A DNA stretch of 54,065 nt, the filler included, from Sphacelaria rigidula (taxonomy: Eukaryota), in NCBI GenBank assembly GCA_964200075.2. It is 5 parts of 5 records of this genome, joined end to end, with 100 filler letters (N's around TTAATTAATTAA, not from the genome) between each part and the next. Parts side by side here need not be neighbours in the genome. Positions count along the whole stretch, not along the records: positions 1 to 10,734 come from CAXNAA020006010.1; positions 10,835 to 21,568 come from CAXNAA020006011.1; 3 more parts are not named here. One strand, given 5' to 3'. Of this stretch, positions 1 through 11,031 are shown in pieces. The notes under the pieces were generated by a model. The model saw nothing but the letters and a program-made list of their open reading frames with translations. It made no database searches and was not told the DNA's origin. The number at the start of each line of letters is the position of its first letter. Position 1 is the first letter of the stretch. Position numbers and translations under genes: made by a program.

Positions 1-447
1 AAACACACCACAGAACAGTGATAGCTGCAGCACATGAGAGCGGACGTGAGTGTGTTTGTGCTGCAGCACAGTGAAACAAGACATGTTTCATGTTTTCGTT
101 CTTCGGCTGATTTCGAACGGGCCCTCAGTCTGTGCAGGGTGCCGGTCTTGAACGCTCGGACATGATCGCTTCGCGCAAATAATTTAATTTACTACAGAAT
201 TATCCCCATGTATGGGTCCTGTGCCAAACAAACGACTTGAGGTAGAGACAAGAAGTCACCGCTAGCCGAGAATATGGTATGCAACTGAAACGATGAGTTA
301 CTTTTTTTAGCAGAAAAACGAACCGCTACGCGACCACGACGTCAGTTCATAACTCGAAGCACGCACGCACTTTTTTCTCGATCACCCTTTTCCGAGTGTG
401 TTGAAAGCTCCGCCCCTGCTTGTCTCAACAAAACGATACGAAAACAG

Positions 448-2996
448 GCTGCGAAGAAGACCTCATCCTCCCCGGAGACAGCCTATTTGGCTTTTCGACA
501 GCCGAAGGCGTCGACGCATCAGGAGCCTCAGCCGCCGACGCTAGTACCTCGTCCTTGTTGCAGGGCCTGCCTTCGTCGACAGCGTCGTTTCAACCGTCGG
601 CTTCTCTTCCTCCCTCCGCCGCCGATATCTCCACCACGGGAAATCGGAGCACCCCCGTCAAGTCAACGAACTCTGCAGCGCGAAATCGTTCTACTCGGAG
701 TGGCAGTAGCGGTGGCGGCGTGGGCGAGGCGGGGCGACGGAAGGGACCTTCGCTATTCCAACTTGTGGACGGTGCGGTGTCGGGGTCACTTACGAGAGCG
801 GCGGTTCCTGCGGAGAGAAGAAAATCGAAACGCACCAGCTGCGGTGGCAGCACCAGCACTAGTACTACGGCGGAAGAGGGACAAACGGATAACTCCTCGC
901 CGGCGGCATCCACCTCTTCTTTTTCTGCCGTCACCACGGCTGGCAGTACTGCTGCTCCCGCTGCTGGCGGTGAATGCCGTCCCCGCCGATCGACAAGGAG
1001 TAGCAGCCAAAAAAACGATGGGAAACCTGGTTGTAGCGGCGCTGAAAACGCCACGGTGTCTGATGTTGACGCCTCGCGTGACGCCTCCTATTCTAGCCGA
1101 TCCTTGAGGAAAGGCATCAAGACAACGCCGCGGTCAGACAAGGAGGCCCCTAAGCTGAATGCACGACGGGAGAATTCCTCCGCCACCGCCGCCGCCGAAG
1201 TAGCCGCGGATTCAACAAGCAATCGAAGTGAAGAAAGTTTGGAAGGGCACGGAGCTCGCCGGCCGCGAGACGCTGCCGCTCCCCGGAGTTCCAGTAGTGG
1301 AGGCTCTGTAGGTGGCACTCCGGGTCGGATGACAACGAGAGGGAGTAAAGCGGCGACTATGCAAGGTGGGAAACTCAAGGGGCCTGCGAGGACGAAAGAC
1401 GTGGCCGCCAATGAAGGCATGTCGCTGCGGACGAGAAGGGGCGTGGCAAGGACTAAGATAAGAGCGGACGCGGCGGGGGTGGCGGCGGCGGCGCTTGCGG
1501 CGATTGGATCGTCGGAAGCGAGCATGCCGCCCGGGACAGAGCTCATCCCCGGGTTTGAGGACACAATAGATGCCCACTTCGTGAAGACCCTGTCGCAAGG
1601 ATCCGCGACGCAAGCTGCAGCGCCTTTTGCAGACGTGGAGGAGGATAGGCGAAGGGCTGACGATTCGTCGCCGCCGCATCACGGGATCGGTGGCTGCAAC
1701 GGTGGCGGCGGCAACGACGACTCTGACGGGTCTAGTTCGATTTCGCTAGAAGTCGCAGGTGAGGACGAGCCGATGGTGGGGACGGGGAGCGAAAGTCTAC
1801 GTGCTGCATGCGGCCTACTAGACGAGGGGGTGAAAAAAATGAGCGAAGCAACAGTGCAGTCACCGAATCCGGCCCTGGCAACCCAACCGGCATCTCTCGC
1901 GCCAGCACCAGAACTTTTGTCGTCTTCAGATCCGTCGAAACCGAAACCCACGCCAAAACCGTCTGCAGCTGTCGCTCCGATGTTGCAGGCGATGCCATCA
2001 GATGGGAATAGGGATTCTTCGAGAAGCATTGGTTCGACATCTAACGTCGATCCGCTAAGAGCGGTTTGCAAACGGAAATTCACCGATGACGGTAGAGGAG
2101 AGGACGCCGCCAGGGCACCAGCGCCCGCAATACCGCGACCGCCTCTTCTGCCGGCCACGTCGCCACCTGAAGGTAAATCCGTTTCAGGTGTTGTTTCGGC
2201 GTCGGCGTCGAGCGGGTTGAGACAAGGCAGTCTTCATTACGGAGATAAACGGACTGTACAGTTGGCGGGGCCTAGAATTTCGATGACCGCTGAGGTTAAC
2301 CACCGCGCAGGTCAGCAGCAGACCACAAACGTAACTATGGCTCCCGCTCCTGCAGATCGCCCCACCGCTCGAGCTCCGCAGCCTTCCGCAAGAGAGCTTG
2401 CTCGCGCAGCGGAGGTACGGGCAAAGTCACTGTCAGCCAACGGTGTTGAAACCGGCCCGGCCAATGATGCGGAAGCAGATGGGCGTAGAGTTGGAGGGGA
2501 AAGTGGAATAACTGGTCAAGCGGTAACAGGACTGGTCAGTGCAGCCGCTGGCGCAGCCGCCGGCCGAGCGCCGTCAGCCGCTATGATGTCGGCACCCGTG
2601 GTTGGTACCCATCTTCGCCTGGTGAGCGTTTCTAACGCAGAGAGGAAAAATGCGGAGCATGGCGGCGCTGCTGGCACTGGGATTTTATCCGTGGGAGTGG
2701 GCGCGACGGGTACGACCGGAATTGACGTGGTTTCGCCGACCTTACAAAGGGGATTGCCGGGAGAGTCTCGAGTAGAAGTGGGAATTGCGGCCACAAGTGC
2801 CGCCGAAGGTATTGGATCGGCGGCGGCGGCGGGGCAGGAGACGATGGCGGCAGGAGAGGCGCGGGCGGAAAATGTTGAGCAGGAGATGCTTTGGTATCCG
2901 CACAAAGTTGCGCTACGATTCACGCCCCGAGATATCTCCACGCGAGACAAGGTGGCTCAACGAGGGTACATTCCCGCTCAGCAGCTCAAGGCTCCG
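448..2996 (+). CDS. Internal exon of a Cramped/CRAMP1-TKI1-like, mostly disordered nuclear protein (upstream exons outside the window)
   Basis: Open frame 420-3026 begins at TTG, not ATG. An acceptor-like AAAACAG ends at 447 and a donor CCG|GTAAGT lies at 2996/2997 (phase 0). The exon ends in WYPHKVALRFTPRDISTRDKVAQRGYIPAQQLKAP, the first half of a Cramped/TKI1-like block. Confidence 0.75.
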
Positions 2997-3304
2997 GTAA
3001 GTGGGGACCACAGGTTACGGTCGTGATGGTCGTCATTTTATTTGCTCTGGCCGTGAGTTCTTCTTATGATTCACTGGGTTGGCCAATATATCTCTTTTGA
3101 TCCGGAGTTTAGGTGGGGTTCCAGCGGTTTCATGAGCAAAAGGCCACCACCTGGCGATAGGTCCCTCCAGCCTGCGTGAAAGCCCTTCACGATTTCAGAT
3201 TCTGTGTTCCTTCGATCGCCACACGTTTGACCCTGTGGGCGTCATGTTTAACCCCGGTATCTTCTCGCCGCCACTTCTCTTTTGTCTCTTCGGAATTCTT
3301 TTAG
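2997..3304 (+). other. Spliceosomal GT-AG intron (308 bp)
   Basis: GTAAGT donor, polypyrimidine tract at 3274-3302 and TTTAG acceptor. Splicing joins the two long ORFs in frame. Confidence 0.85.
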
Positions 3305-6300
3305 CTACACAAGCGCGTTGACGCCGTCTTCAAGTTCATGGTGAAGAAGTGGAGCGAAGTAGCATATAGTGACCTCAACAACATCCGAATTCTGTTCGAG
3401 CCCGACTCGCCAGCAGTCGACGGTCCCGTCAACCACACCTACGTTTGGAATGCCGCCCGTGGCAGTGAGTCCCTGGTCGACCTCATCGAGTCTCTGCCGG
3501 AAGCCACACGCGTCCGCGTCTGCAAGGAAGCGATAGTGGACCTTACCTACACCTTCAAGCCGGGACCGCTCGGCCCACGGGAGATGGCCGCCGTTCAACC
3601 ACACCCAGATCCAGCTGCCGCGAGCACCCCCTCAACTGTTGTCCTCACCAGCCTTCCCGTACCTGCATCGACGAGTTCTCCGACAACCCCGAACAGTTGT
3701 CTTGGTGTGAAGGATTGCACAATGTTGCCATTGCCGACCGCCGGTGGCGGCAGCAAACACCCAACAACCGTTGCGGCGCTGTCTGGCGTGTCTGTTGTTC
3801 CGACAGCGGTAGCACCTTCGCCTCCGGGAATCGTTGGTTGTTCCCAGGTTGGAGTGGCTCCTCTGGCCACGCAGCCGCTTGTGAGTAGAGGTGTACTTGA
3901 AGGGGAGTCGAGGAGACAACGGACGGTACAGGGAGGGGCTCGAGGAGCCACTGTTGCTGTTGCTGGAAATTTGCAGAAAACAACTGGCGCGGGGCAGACT
4001 GACAGCGCGGCGCAAGGGGGTGGTGACACTGACGGGGAGAGGCTAAGCGCACCGAAGTCGAGCCCTAGCTTGATGCAGCGTCCCGGTGAGGTAAATATGA
4101 ATCCAATAGTCTTTGCGGGTGGACAGTTACAATCGAATGTTGTCGCTGCCACGATCGCCGCCGCTGCCGCCATCGATTCTTCGTTCAGCGTGCAAAGACC
4201 GTCTGCGGTAGGATGCGCAGGGTTCCCAACCGGCGGAGAACCTCGTGCTGCAGCACCTGGCGGTCGAGCGTCCGAAGTTGGGTTCTTGGCCACGATGCAC
4301 ACCGCCGCGGTGGCCAGCGGTATCGGTGCAGGGCAGACAGGACAGGTGGCGACAGCGGGACCCGAGACGTCGGCGTTTGCACGGCCGGTAGCGATGGCGG
4401 CTAACCAATCAACTGCACTGGCGTCCGGGAAGGATGCCGTCGCTTCTGAAGCTGCGATATCTTCTGCCATACCGCCAGTATCGCTGTCAGCACAGTCTAC
4501 CCCTTCTCTCTGTTTGAAGTCCGTTCGTTCGAACGACCGGGTGGTGAGCTCGGACGGAGTGGGGATGGGAAGCGGCGCCGATGAAAGCGATGATCTGTTC
4601 ATGAGTGGGAAAGATGAGGAGGGTAGGGAGGACGCCGCACGGTCGCCGCTGATGGGAGAGGAGACATGTATGGCTCTGTTCGGCGGCAACGGCTCGGAGG
4701 TGGAGCTCTTGGTAGACTCGTCGCCCTGTGTGCCCGAGGCTGAGACAGAACTGGTGGAACCTACGAAAAACGCAAATCCTGACTTGGTTTCGATGCCGGC
4801 ACCGGCATCTGCCCCCTCCTTACAGTGCCGACATGCTGCTGCTGGGATGCTACCAGCAGTGCCGTTGCCGAGCCTCTTGTCGCCGCGTCCTTCTTCAGCG
4901 GCAGATGCACCGAACGGGGCTATCGGGGTAGCAACAACCGGAGCGGAGTCGGATACTTCCCCGGTTCAGGCGGCGACGTCGTCGCAGCCATCTACTGCCC
5001 AACCCGTCGTTAGTGTGGGTCCACCTACTGCTTTCGTGAGGCCCAGTCCTTCGCCCTCCGTAGTCACAAGGCTCGATCAATCATCTCGGCCGCATGAGGC
5101 GGCAACGCTCGCCCAAAATAACGATGGGGTAACTAAATCTAGGCGCGCGAATTCTAGTGAGTTGGCGGCGACGGCCAGATTGACGGCGGGTTCGCGCACA
5201 GCAGCAAGCGAAGTTTTACGAGATCCTTCCCCTGCTCGAGACCGCTTTTCGCTGCCGTCCAAGGACACCTCTTCATCGCCGAAGGGCGTCGTGACGTCGG
5301 CTTTCGCGACCTTTCACTCCCAGACTGAGCAGGTCGAAAGTCCCGCAACTGCTGTTGGGGTGAAGGGTAGCGTCGATCCTTGCGCGGAGCGGCATAGCGG
5401 TCACTCGACACCGGAGGAGCAGCAGCTGCTGTCACCTTCGATGTGCATTTCGAGCTTGGATGCGCGTGTTTCAATCGAAGGCCTTAACGGAAGGCCGAAA
5501 AAAAGGCAAAGGACGACAGGCACGGGTTCGAGCGGTGAAGGGTTGGCTGCGAGGCGGAACGGGAGGGAACAAGGAGCAACAGATGGTTTGTCGACGATGC
5601 ACTTGGAGAAAAACAATCGTTGTGAGCACTCCATAGAAGGAGGGGATTCCTCTCCGAAGTCCTCACAGAAAGTCCCTTTATCTATCCCCGCCGCCGCCTC
5701 CGCCGCCGCCGCGGCTGAAGGCACTGCTGCTGCTGCTGCTGCACCCGCCGAGGAAAATAATTCCTTCGTCAAACCTATCGCTAACAATGACCATGAGGTT
5801 GTAGACAACCAAGTGGAGGGAACAACAGAGGGTCAGCCGAAGATAACCGACAGCCCGGCCCCCTCCCCGCCACCGATGCTCGCGGCGACTCCTCTCGGTC
5901 GTACCCGAAGCACCACGACACGGCGGAGACTCGGAATGCTGGACGCCCAGGACGCCGGAGAGACAGGCAACGGGGAGCACGTCAACTCTAGGCATTCCCC
6001 GTCGTCCAAGTCATTGTTGGAAAGCGGTAGTGGCAGCAACGGCAAGCCTACAAGCGCGTCTTTGCTTTTCCCGCCGGTCGGAGACACTCGAACGAAAACG
6101 AGTACCTGTGGGCTCGACGTATCCAACCTGCTCGACCCGGCCTCGATGGCTGCGATCCAAGCAGGCTACGCCGACACATGGACGTCATTTCCGAATTGTT
6201 TCTGGGGAGAAGAGATGAGCAACGAGGGAGACGACGGTGGAGCCGCAGGAGCGGGGCAAGTTGACGATGGTGCATCGAAGAGAGAAGGGTCGGCCGCTAG

Positions 6301-7387
6301 TTGGCTTGACCTTCCCTCGGCGACGGGACACACATTTCAAGCGTTGTCGCCCCGTGATACGAATCTCGAGGTTGCTGTCGCTGTGGAAGCGAACAATGAC
6401 GGAGTAGGGCAGGGGGTGCAACAGACGGAGTCAGCTGGGCCCGCGATCGAGGGGATCGTGAGGGGGGACAGGGAGAAGGACGTATCATTGCAGGGTTGTG
6501 GCGATCGCTGGGCGTCTGGAGAAAATCAAGAGTCGGAATCGCGATTGGAAGGGGATTCCAAGGGATCGAGAGCTTCGCGCACGGCGTCGATGACGTCTAC
6601 CGGCGCTGTCGCTGCTAGTCGTGCGTCCCTACCCCGCGAAGCGAAGTCCTTGCCCACCCTGATCCGCCTCGGCCGCAGCATGACGAAAGGCATCGCGACG
6701 TCGCCGCCGCCGGTAGCGCCAACCCAGACGACCTCGCTGGGCGCAACGGCCGACGACGGTGATGAGTTGCCGTCCGCGAAGTCGATTGCGAGCTCGACCA
6801 GAGACAAGCGCGAGGCGGGTGACTGCAGTGTTGGACGGGGAGAGGAAGAGAAAGCCACGCGCGCGAGGACTAGGGCGGCGACAAATGCCGCCTCGACCTC
6901 GATGTCTCCGACGATTCTTCTGGCGACAGCAGCGGCAGCGGTTGCTCCCGCTGATGCCGCCAACGCTGCCTGCGGCAGCGGCAGGGGTCACAGCACCGGC
7001 AGCAAACGGTGTGCAGACGTCGCGGTCGCCGTTGAGGACGACGTCTCGTTAACTAGTCTCACAGAAAATAGCAGCGCCAGTTTTCGCAGCATCACGCCCC
7101 CGATGGCAGGGGGTGCGGCGGCAGCGGGGGATGGTACCGCGTCGTTCGCCGCGGCTTTCGGCAGGCCGAGAAAGCGGGCAAAGAAAGGCCGGATCGCGCC
7201 TACTCTGGTCACCCCCTTGCTACCTGCCGTTGCCGCCACGGCCACCGACGCCGTGACGTCGAGTATTAGTGAACCCGGGGCTGTCGTTGATCGTGTTACT
7301 ACCGCCGTCGGAACAGAAGCGTTCGTGCGACAGCCGGCAGGGGCAGGGAAAGGAGAAAGACTGGGGGACGACGAGGGTGTCAGGTAG
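3305..7387 (+). CDS. Large (probably last) exon of the Cramped/CRAMP1-TKI1-like gene
   Basis: Starts LHKRVDAVFKFMVKKWSEV in the frame of ORF 3338-7387. The spliced K-V-A-L-x-F-x-P...P...L-H-K-R-V..V..F...K-W pattern matches my recollection of the Cramped/TKI1 conserved domain. The rest is Ala/Ser/Gly/Pro-rich with basic NLS-like motifs (RPKKRQR, RPRKRAKK). Stop TAG at 7385-7387, although CAG|GTAGTC at 7383/7384 could be another donor. Confidence 0.75.
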   Translation, partial: LHKRVDAVFKFMVKKWSEVAYSDLNNIRILFEPDSPAVDGPVNHTYVWNAARGSESLVDLIESLPEATRVRVCKEAIVDLTYTFKPGPLGPREMAAVQPHPDPAAASTPSTVVLTSLPVPASTSSPTTPNSCLGVKDCTMLPLPTAGGGSKHPTTVAALSGVSVVPTAVAPSPPGIVGCSQVGVAPLATQPLVSRGVLEGESRRQRTVQGGARGATVAVAGNLQKTTGAGQTDSAAQGGGDTDGERLSAPKSSPSLMQRPGEVNMNPIVFAGGQLQSNVVAATIAAAAAIDSSFSVQRPSAVGCAGFPTGGEPRAAAPGGRASEVGFLATMHTAAVASGIGAGQTGQVATAGPETSAFARPVAMAANQSTALASGKDAVASEAAISSAIPPVSLSAQSTPSLCLKSVRSNDRVVSSDGVGMGSGADESDDLFMSGKDEEGREDAARSPLMGEETCMALFGGNGSEVELLVDSSPCVPEAETELVEPTKNANPDLVSMPAPASAPSLQCRHAAAGMLPAVPLPSLLSPRPSSAADAPNGAIGVATTGAESDTSPVQAATSSQPSTAQPVVSVGPPTAFVRPSPSPSVVTRLDQSSRPHEAATLAQNNDGVTKSRRANSSELAATARLTAGSRTAASEVLRDPSPARDRFSLPSKDTSSSPKGVVTSAFATFHSQTEQVESPATAVGVKGSVDPCAERHSGHSTPEEQQLLSPSMCISSLDARVSIEGLNGRPKKRQRTTGTGSSGEGLAARRNGREQGATDGLSTMHLEKNNRCEHSIEGGDSSPKSSQKVPLSIPAAASAAAAAEGTAAAAAAPAEENNSFVKPIANNDHEVVDNQVEGTTEGQPKITDSPAPSPPPMLAATPLGRTRSTTTRRRLGMLDAQDAGETGNGEHVNSRHSPSSKSLLESGSGSNGKPTSASLLFPPVGDTRTKTSTCGLDVSNLLDPASMAAIQAGYADTWTSFPNCFWGEEMSNEGDDGGAAGAGQVDDGASKREGSAASWLDLPSATGHTFQALSPRDTNLEVAVAVEANNDGVGQGVQQTESAGPAIEGIVRGDREKDVSLQGCGDRWASGENQESESRLEGDSKGSRASRTASMTSTGAVAASRASLPREAKSLPTLIRLGRSMTKGIATSPPPVAPTQTTSLGATADDGDELPSAKSIASSTRDKREAGDCSVGRGEEEKATRARTRAATNAASTSMSPTILLATAAAAVAPADAANAACGSGRGHSTGSKRCADVAVAVEDDVSLTSLTENSSASFRSITPPMAGGAAAAGDGTASFAAAFGRPRKRAKKGRIAPTLVTPLLPAVAATATDAVTSSISEPGAVVDRVTTAVGTEAFVRQPAGAGKGERLGDDEGVR

Positions 7388-9649
7388 TCGTTGCTTGGAA
7401 GGACAGTCGGCGGGCCTGTGAACGGAGAATTTTGTGTATCAGCAAGCGTTATCATCGCGGCGAATTTCGTGCTGGATGGATTCTGTTCAAATGTTGGAAC
7501 GGACGGAGGAGAGGAGGGACGACTGGAGTGTCGGGTGTTGTCTCTGTTTAAGGCAACGTGTATCGTGGTTGTCCGTGCGTGCGGGAACGTACTCTGTCAA
7601 TATGTGTGAGGCATACTACTTGGTATGTGCCCAAGATCCTGCAAACTATGCGCCCGTCCTCGAATCAAGAATTACGAAGGTGTCTTACCGCGTCGAATCG
7701 CATAGAAGCATATAGAGTAAAGTTCTGGTAAGTGTCACCTTGTAGCTGTATGTGTAGGTAGAGATCGCTGTGCTTCTCTTCCCCTCCCCCCTCCCCTGGT
7801 CCGTCTCGACAGGGATGCGTGGCCAATTGTCAAACGACTATTGTAAGGTAAGCAACAAGTTAGTACGCCCCCCCGCCCCTTCCTCTGGTCCGACGAAAAC
7901 CCGGCGTGTTCCGTCCCGGCTTTCTAGGGATGTGAAGTCAATGATCTTATGACTTTGACATGAAAGGTTATGAGTACGCCACTCCCCTCCACCTCGATTT
8001 GGCTAGGGGACTTGAGCTGATCTGGTGATCGGGTTAGCCGCGGAGCCTTAGTCTTCACCACAACCCCGCTTGCTAGAGTGGCCCTCGCCCTCGTGCATGA
8101 CGCAATCTGGGGGCGTTTGTTTGATGGCCGATTAGAAAACACCACCCTTGTACCTGCTTCGTGGGGTACTTTGCTCGGGCGATGCGAGAAAGACTGCAGC
8201 ATGACGGGTGCGTTTGATCTTGTCTGGGTGGCTGTTGGAGTTTTTTCGCTGACCACGTGGGGTATGCTAGAGTGGGTGGGGGAGGGGGACAGGGGGGGGC
8301 TTGGGGGGGAAGTTTTCCTCGCATTGAGTAGACGTACATATTTTTGTACATGACCCAACCGCAAGCGAGTATTCGTTTGCTTGGTGGGTTGTACAGGCGC
8401 CATCGAAAGCTCCTGCAGCTTTTGTGGGCGTACGCGACTGGGCGGGGGGGAGGTGGCTTGTACTTGAGACGTCAGATAACATTAATGAATGGGGCGCACT
8501 GGACAAGTCGTCGTGCGTGCTAATTTTTGTCCAGGAGCTTTGTCAACCGGACTTGTTTCGTGTGCTCACGGGTGCTGTGAGGCCGTGCCTCCGCCGCTGG
8601 ATCAGAGTGACTGACGCGCCCTCCGTTGAACCATACCCTCCCGCCCCAAACCCCAGTTACTGTTTCGGAAAATAAATTCCGTTGCTGGGAACGTTTTCCA
8701 GATGTTGAAATGGAAAGTTTCACGGGTGGAAACTCTCTGCCCTTCGCGAATTTTCCTAGGGCTCGAAAAAACTCCGGCATTATTTTATTCAAAGATGAGG
8801 GAACCCAATTGAGGCGGCTTTCCTCACCTGGTGAGAGCCACTTTGAATATACGAAAGGAGACACATGGCTTTAGACACCCGAGCAACAATGCGCGACAAG
8901 GCAAGCTGGGGAAAGTTTCGAAAGACGAATAAAATCGTCAATCGGTTGTTTTTTAAAGCTGTTGCAGGAAAAATGTGGATTTTTGGAAGGTGGGCTCAAC
9001 CCCATTTGAAAATTCAACCTCTTTCTCCAGTTTCCTCGAACTTTTTTCGGATCGGCCGTTTCAGCTCTGTTACCCGCAAAGATGACGTCGGCATTAGGAA
9101 ATTGAACCGATCGGCATCATTCCTACTTGAGTTTAGACAGTCTTTTTTTCTGTGAGACCTCTCAGCAGATATTTGCTTGCATTTCACATGAGGGGTGCGT
9201 TCCGTTTTTACTTGGGAGTACAAATTACATTTGCTCCCCGCGCTTTGTTCGGCCAGACGTTAGTTATTGAAGGTGACTGTCTCAATTAAGGTACGCTTGA
9301 GGCATCTGACGGGAAAAACTCTGGTTCGTGGGAACCACGACACGTAAAACAATGCCCAGAGTATCCGGAGAGAGACACTTGAATCCTCTAGCGCCCAAGC
9401 TTTCCAAAATTGAAAGGCAATCGAACCAAGTTGCAGGAGTAGATGTGGAGTATGGCTCTATTGACGTGAAAAATCCGGCCTAAACACCCCCCTGTTTCAC
9501 TCACGGTACACTTTACGCTGCACTTGATTTCTCACGACCTTAGACGTCTCAGACCTTCTCGTTTGGTACAAATGTTTATGAGGTTACTGCGATCCGTTTC
9601 GAAGGGGGGAAAAAAAAAGAGGAAGAATATAGTGCGGGAATGGAAATCG

Positions 9650-10550
9650 CCCATCTCCTGGTTTTCGGAACAAATTTCGCCATTGAGTCGATGTTTGGCA
9701 ACGCCGCACTCGACGAAAACTGCCCCCCCCACCTTTTTTTCTTTTTCAACCCATTGCAACACGTTTTGATAGTAATCTTCCAAAGTTTGGTGTTCATCGG
9801 TTACGATTAAGGTAGTCTATGACGCACGCACGTTCAGTGATGCCCCCCAATCACTCACTTTTCAGCAGAAATCGATGATGACTCCGAAAATGGAACACAA
9901 GTGTTTTCGAGACTACAGCGGTCCGTTTCACCCAAAAAAATGCAGGGATGAAAATGATCTATCCCCTAGTCTTCGGAACAAATTTAGCCATCAAGCCTGT
10001 GTTTGGCAACGCCGTACTCGACGAAAACGTTTTTTTCTTCCCCTTTATTAACCCATCGAAATGCGTTTCGACAGTAATCTCGCAACATGTGGTGTTCAGG
10101 GGTTACGACTAAGGTACTATGACGCACGTTTAGTGAAGCCCCCTAATCACCAGAAATCAACAATGACTACGAAAATGGAACACCTAGAGCTGGGACGGTC
10201 CAGATATAACCCTGTGGCACAAACCTTCACGGATCGCAATGCGAATGTATCACAATGCACCACTTTTCGGCACTGAAGAGGGAAAAGAGTCAATTCGGGG
10301 ATAAAATTGGCCTGCCCCCCCCGATTTTCGGAACAATTTTGAGCATTTTTCTCCATATATTAGCTCAGTGCTCTCTGTTTCTTGAGAGCTACCCAACCAA
10401 GTGGAGTTAGTTTCGACATAATTCTCCCAAAAGTTGGTGTTCCACGGATGTGACCGAGTTACAATGAAACATATTTACTGCCCCCCCGCCCCCCCCTCCC
10501 CCCCCCATAACCAAATTATCACCAAAATCGACAATGACAACGAGAACGGC
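9650..10550 (+). repeat. Diverged tandem repeat, ~310-350-bp unit, two clear copies plus a third degenerate one
   Basis: TTCGGAACAAATTT...TGTTTGGCAACGCCG(C/T)ACTCGACGAAAAC...GGTGTTCA...CTATGACGCACG...GAAAATGGAACAC occurs at ~9664-9898 and ~9972-10183. A weaker echo starts at ~10327. Confidence 0.7.
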
Positions 10551-10734
10551 AGATGCAGCTCGCAGACAGCAGCGAGCACGAAACAGAGCAAACTAAGCAG
10601 CGAAAACTTCGCTGAATCTTTCTCGGCGATGACATCCCACGCCCTGGTCCCTTGCAGAGTAACACCTACGGCCAAAGATATCCACGAGTGGCGGGTGTAG
10701 GGGGTGGGGGGGGTGGGGGGTGGGGGGTACAGAG

Positions 10735-10834
10735 NNNNNNNNNNNNNNNNNNNNNNNNNNNNNNNNNNNNNNNNNNNNTTAATTAATTAANNNNNNNNNN
10801 NNNNNNNNNNNNNNNNNNNNNNNNNNNNNNNNNN
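10735..10834. other. Assembly gap with artificial TTAATTAATTAA linker
   Basis: 44 N + 12-mer giving stop codons in all six frames + 44 N. The same construct occurs at 21569, 32402 and 43234. Confidence 0.97.
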
Positions 10835-11031
10835 AAAATGAGCATACAGCGCCTGATGCTTGAGTTCAGGCTGCATGAAGCGCCTCATATTGGCAATACT
10901 GGCTAGAACGAACCCAGTCGTGAGAATTCCCAGCTGCTCGTTGTGCTCGGCTTTTCCCATTTCGATTTACGTGAAGATTTCGCCTCCCAAAACCATGCAC
11001 TTTTTGGGGGGGGGCTATCGTAGAAAGTGTC
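10835..11031 (-). mobile_element. MITE, partial copy truncated by the gap (same family as 13266-13513)
   Basis: Reverse complement of most of 13266-13460. Ends in GGGGGCTATCGTAGAAAGTGTC. Confidence 0.85.

Noticed and set aside
420-447. Start of the 868-aa ORF as the protein N-terminus
   Set aside because: It begins at TTG just upstream of an acceptor-like AAAACAG and is more plausibly intron sequence.
487-7455. Many overlapping antisense and alternative-frame ORFs (e.g. 3595-4689 minus)
   Set aside because: Shadows of GC-rich coding exons with no independent motifs.
10692-10727. G-quadruplex-forming G tract as a regulatory element
   Set aside because: It sits at a contig end where homopolymer lengths are unreliable, and there is no functional context.
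10779-10790. Palindromic TTAATTAATTAA recurring four times
   Set aside because: It always sits at the centre of identical N-runs, so it is an artificial scaffolding linker with stops in six frames.
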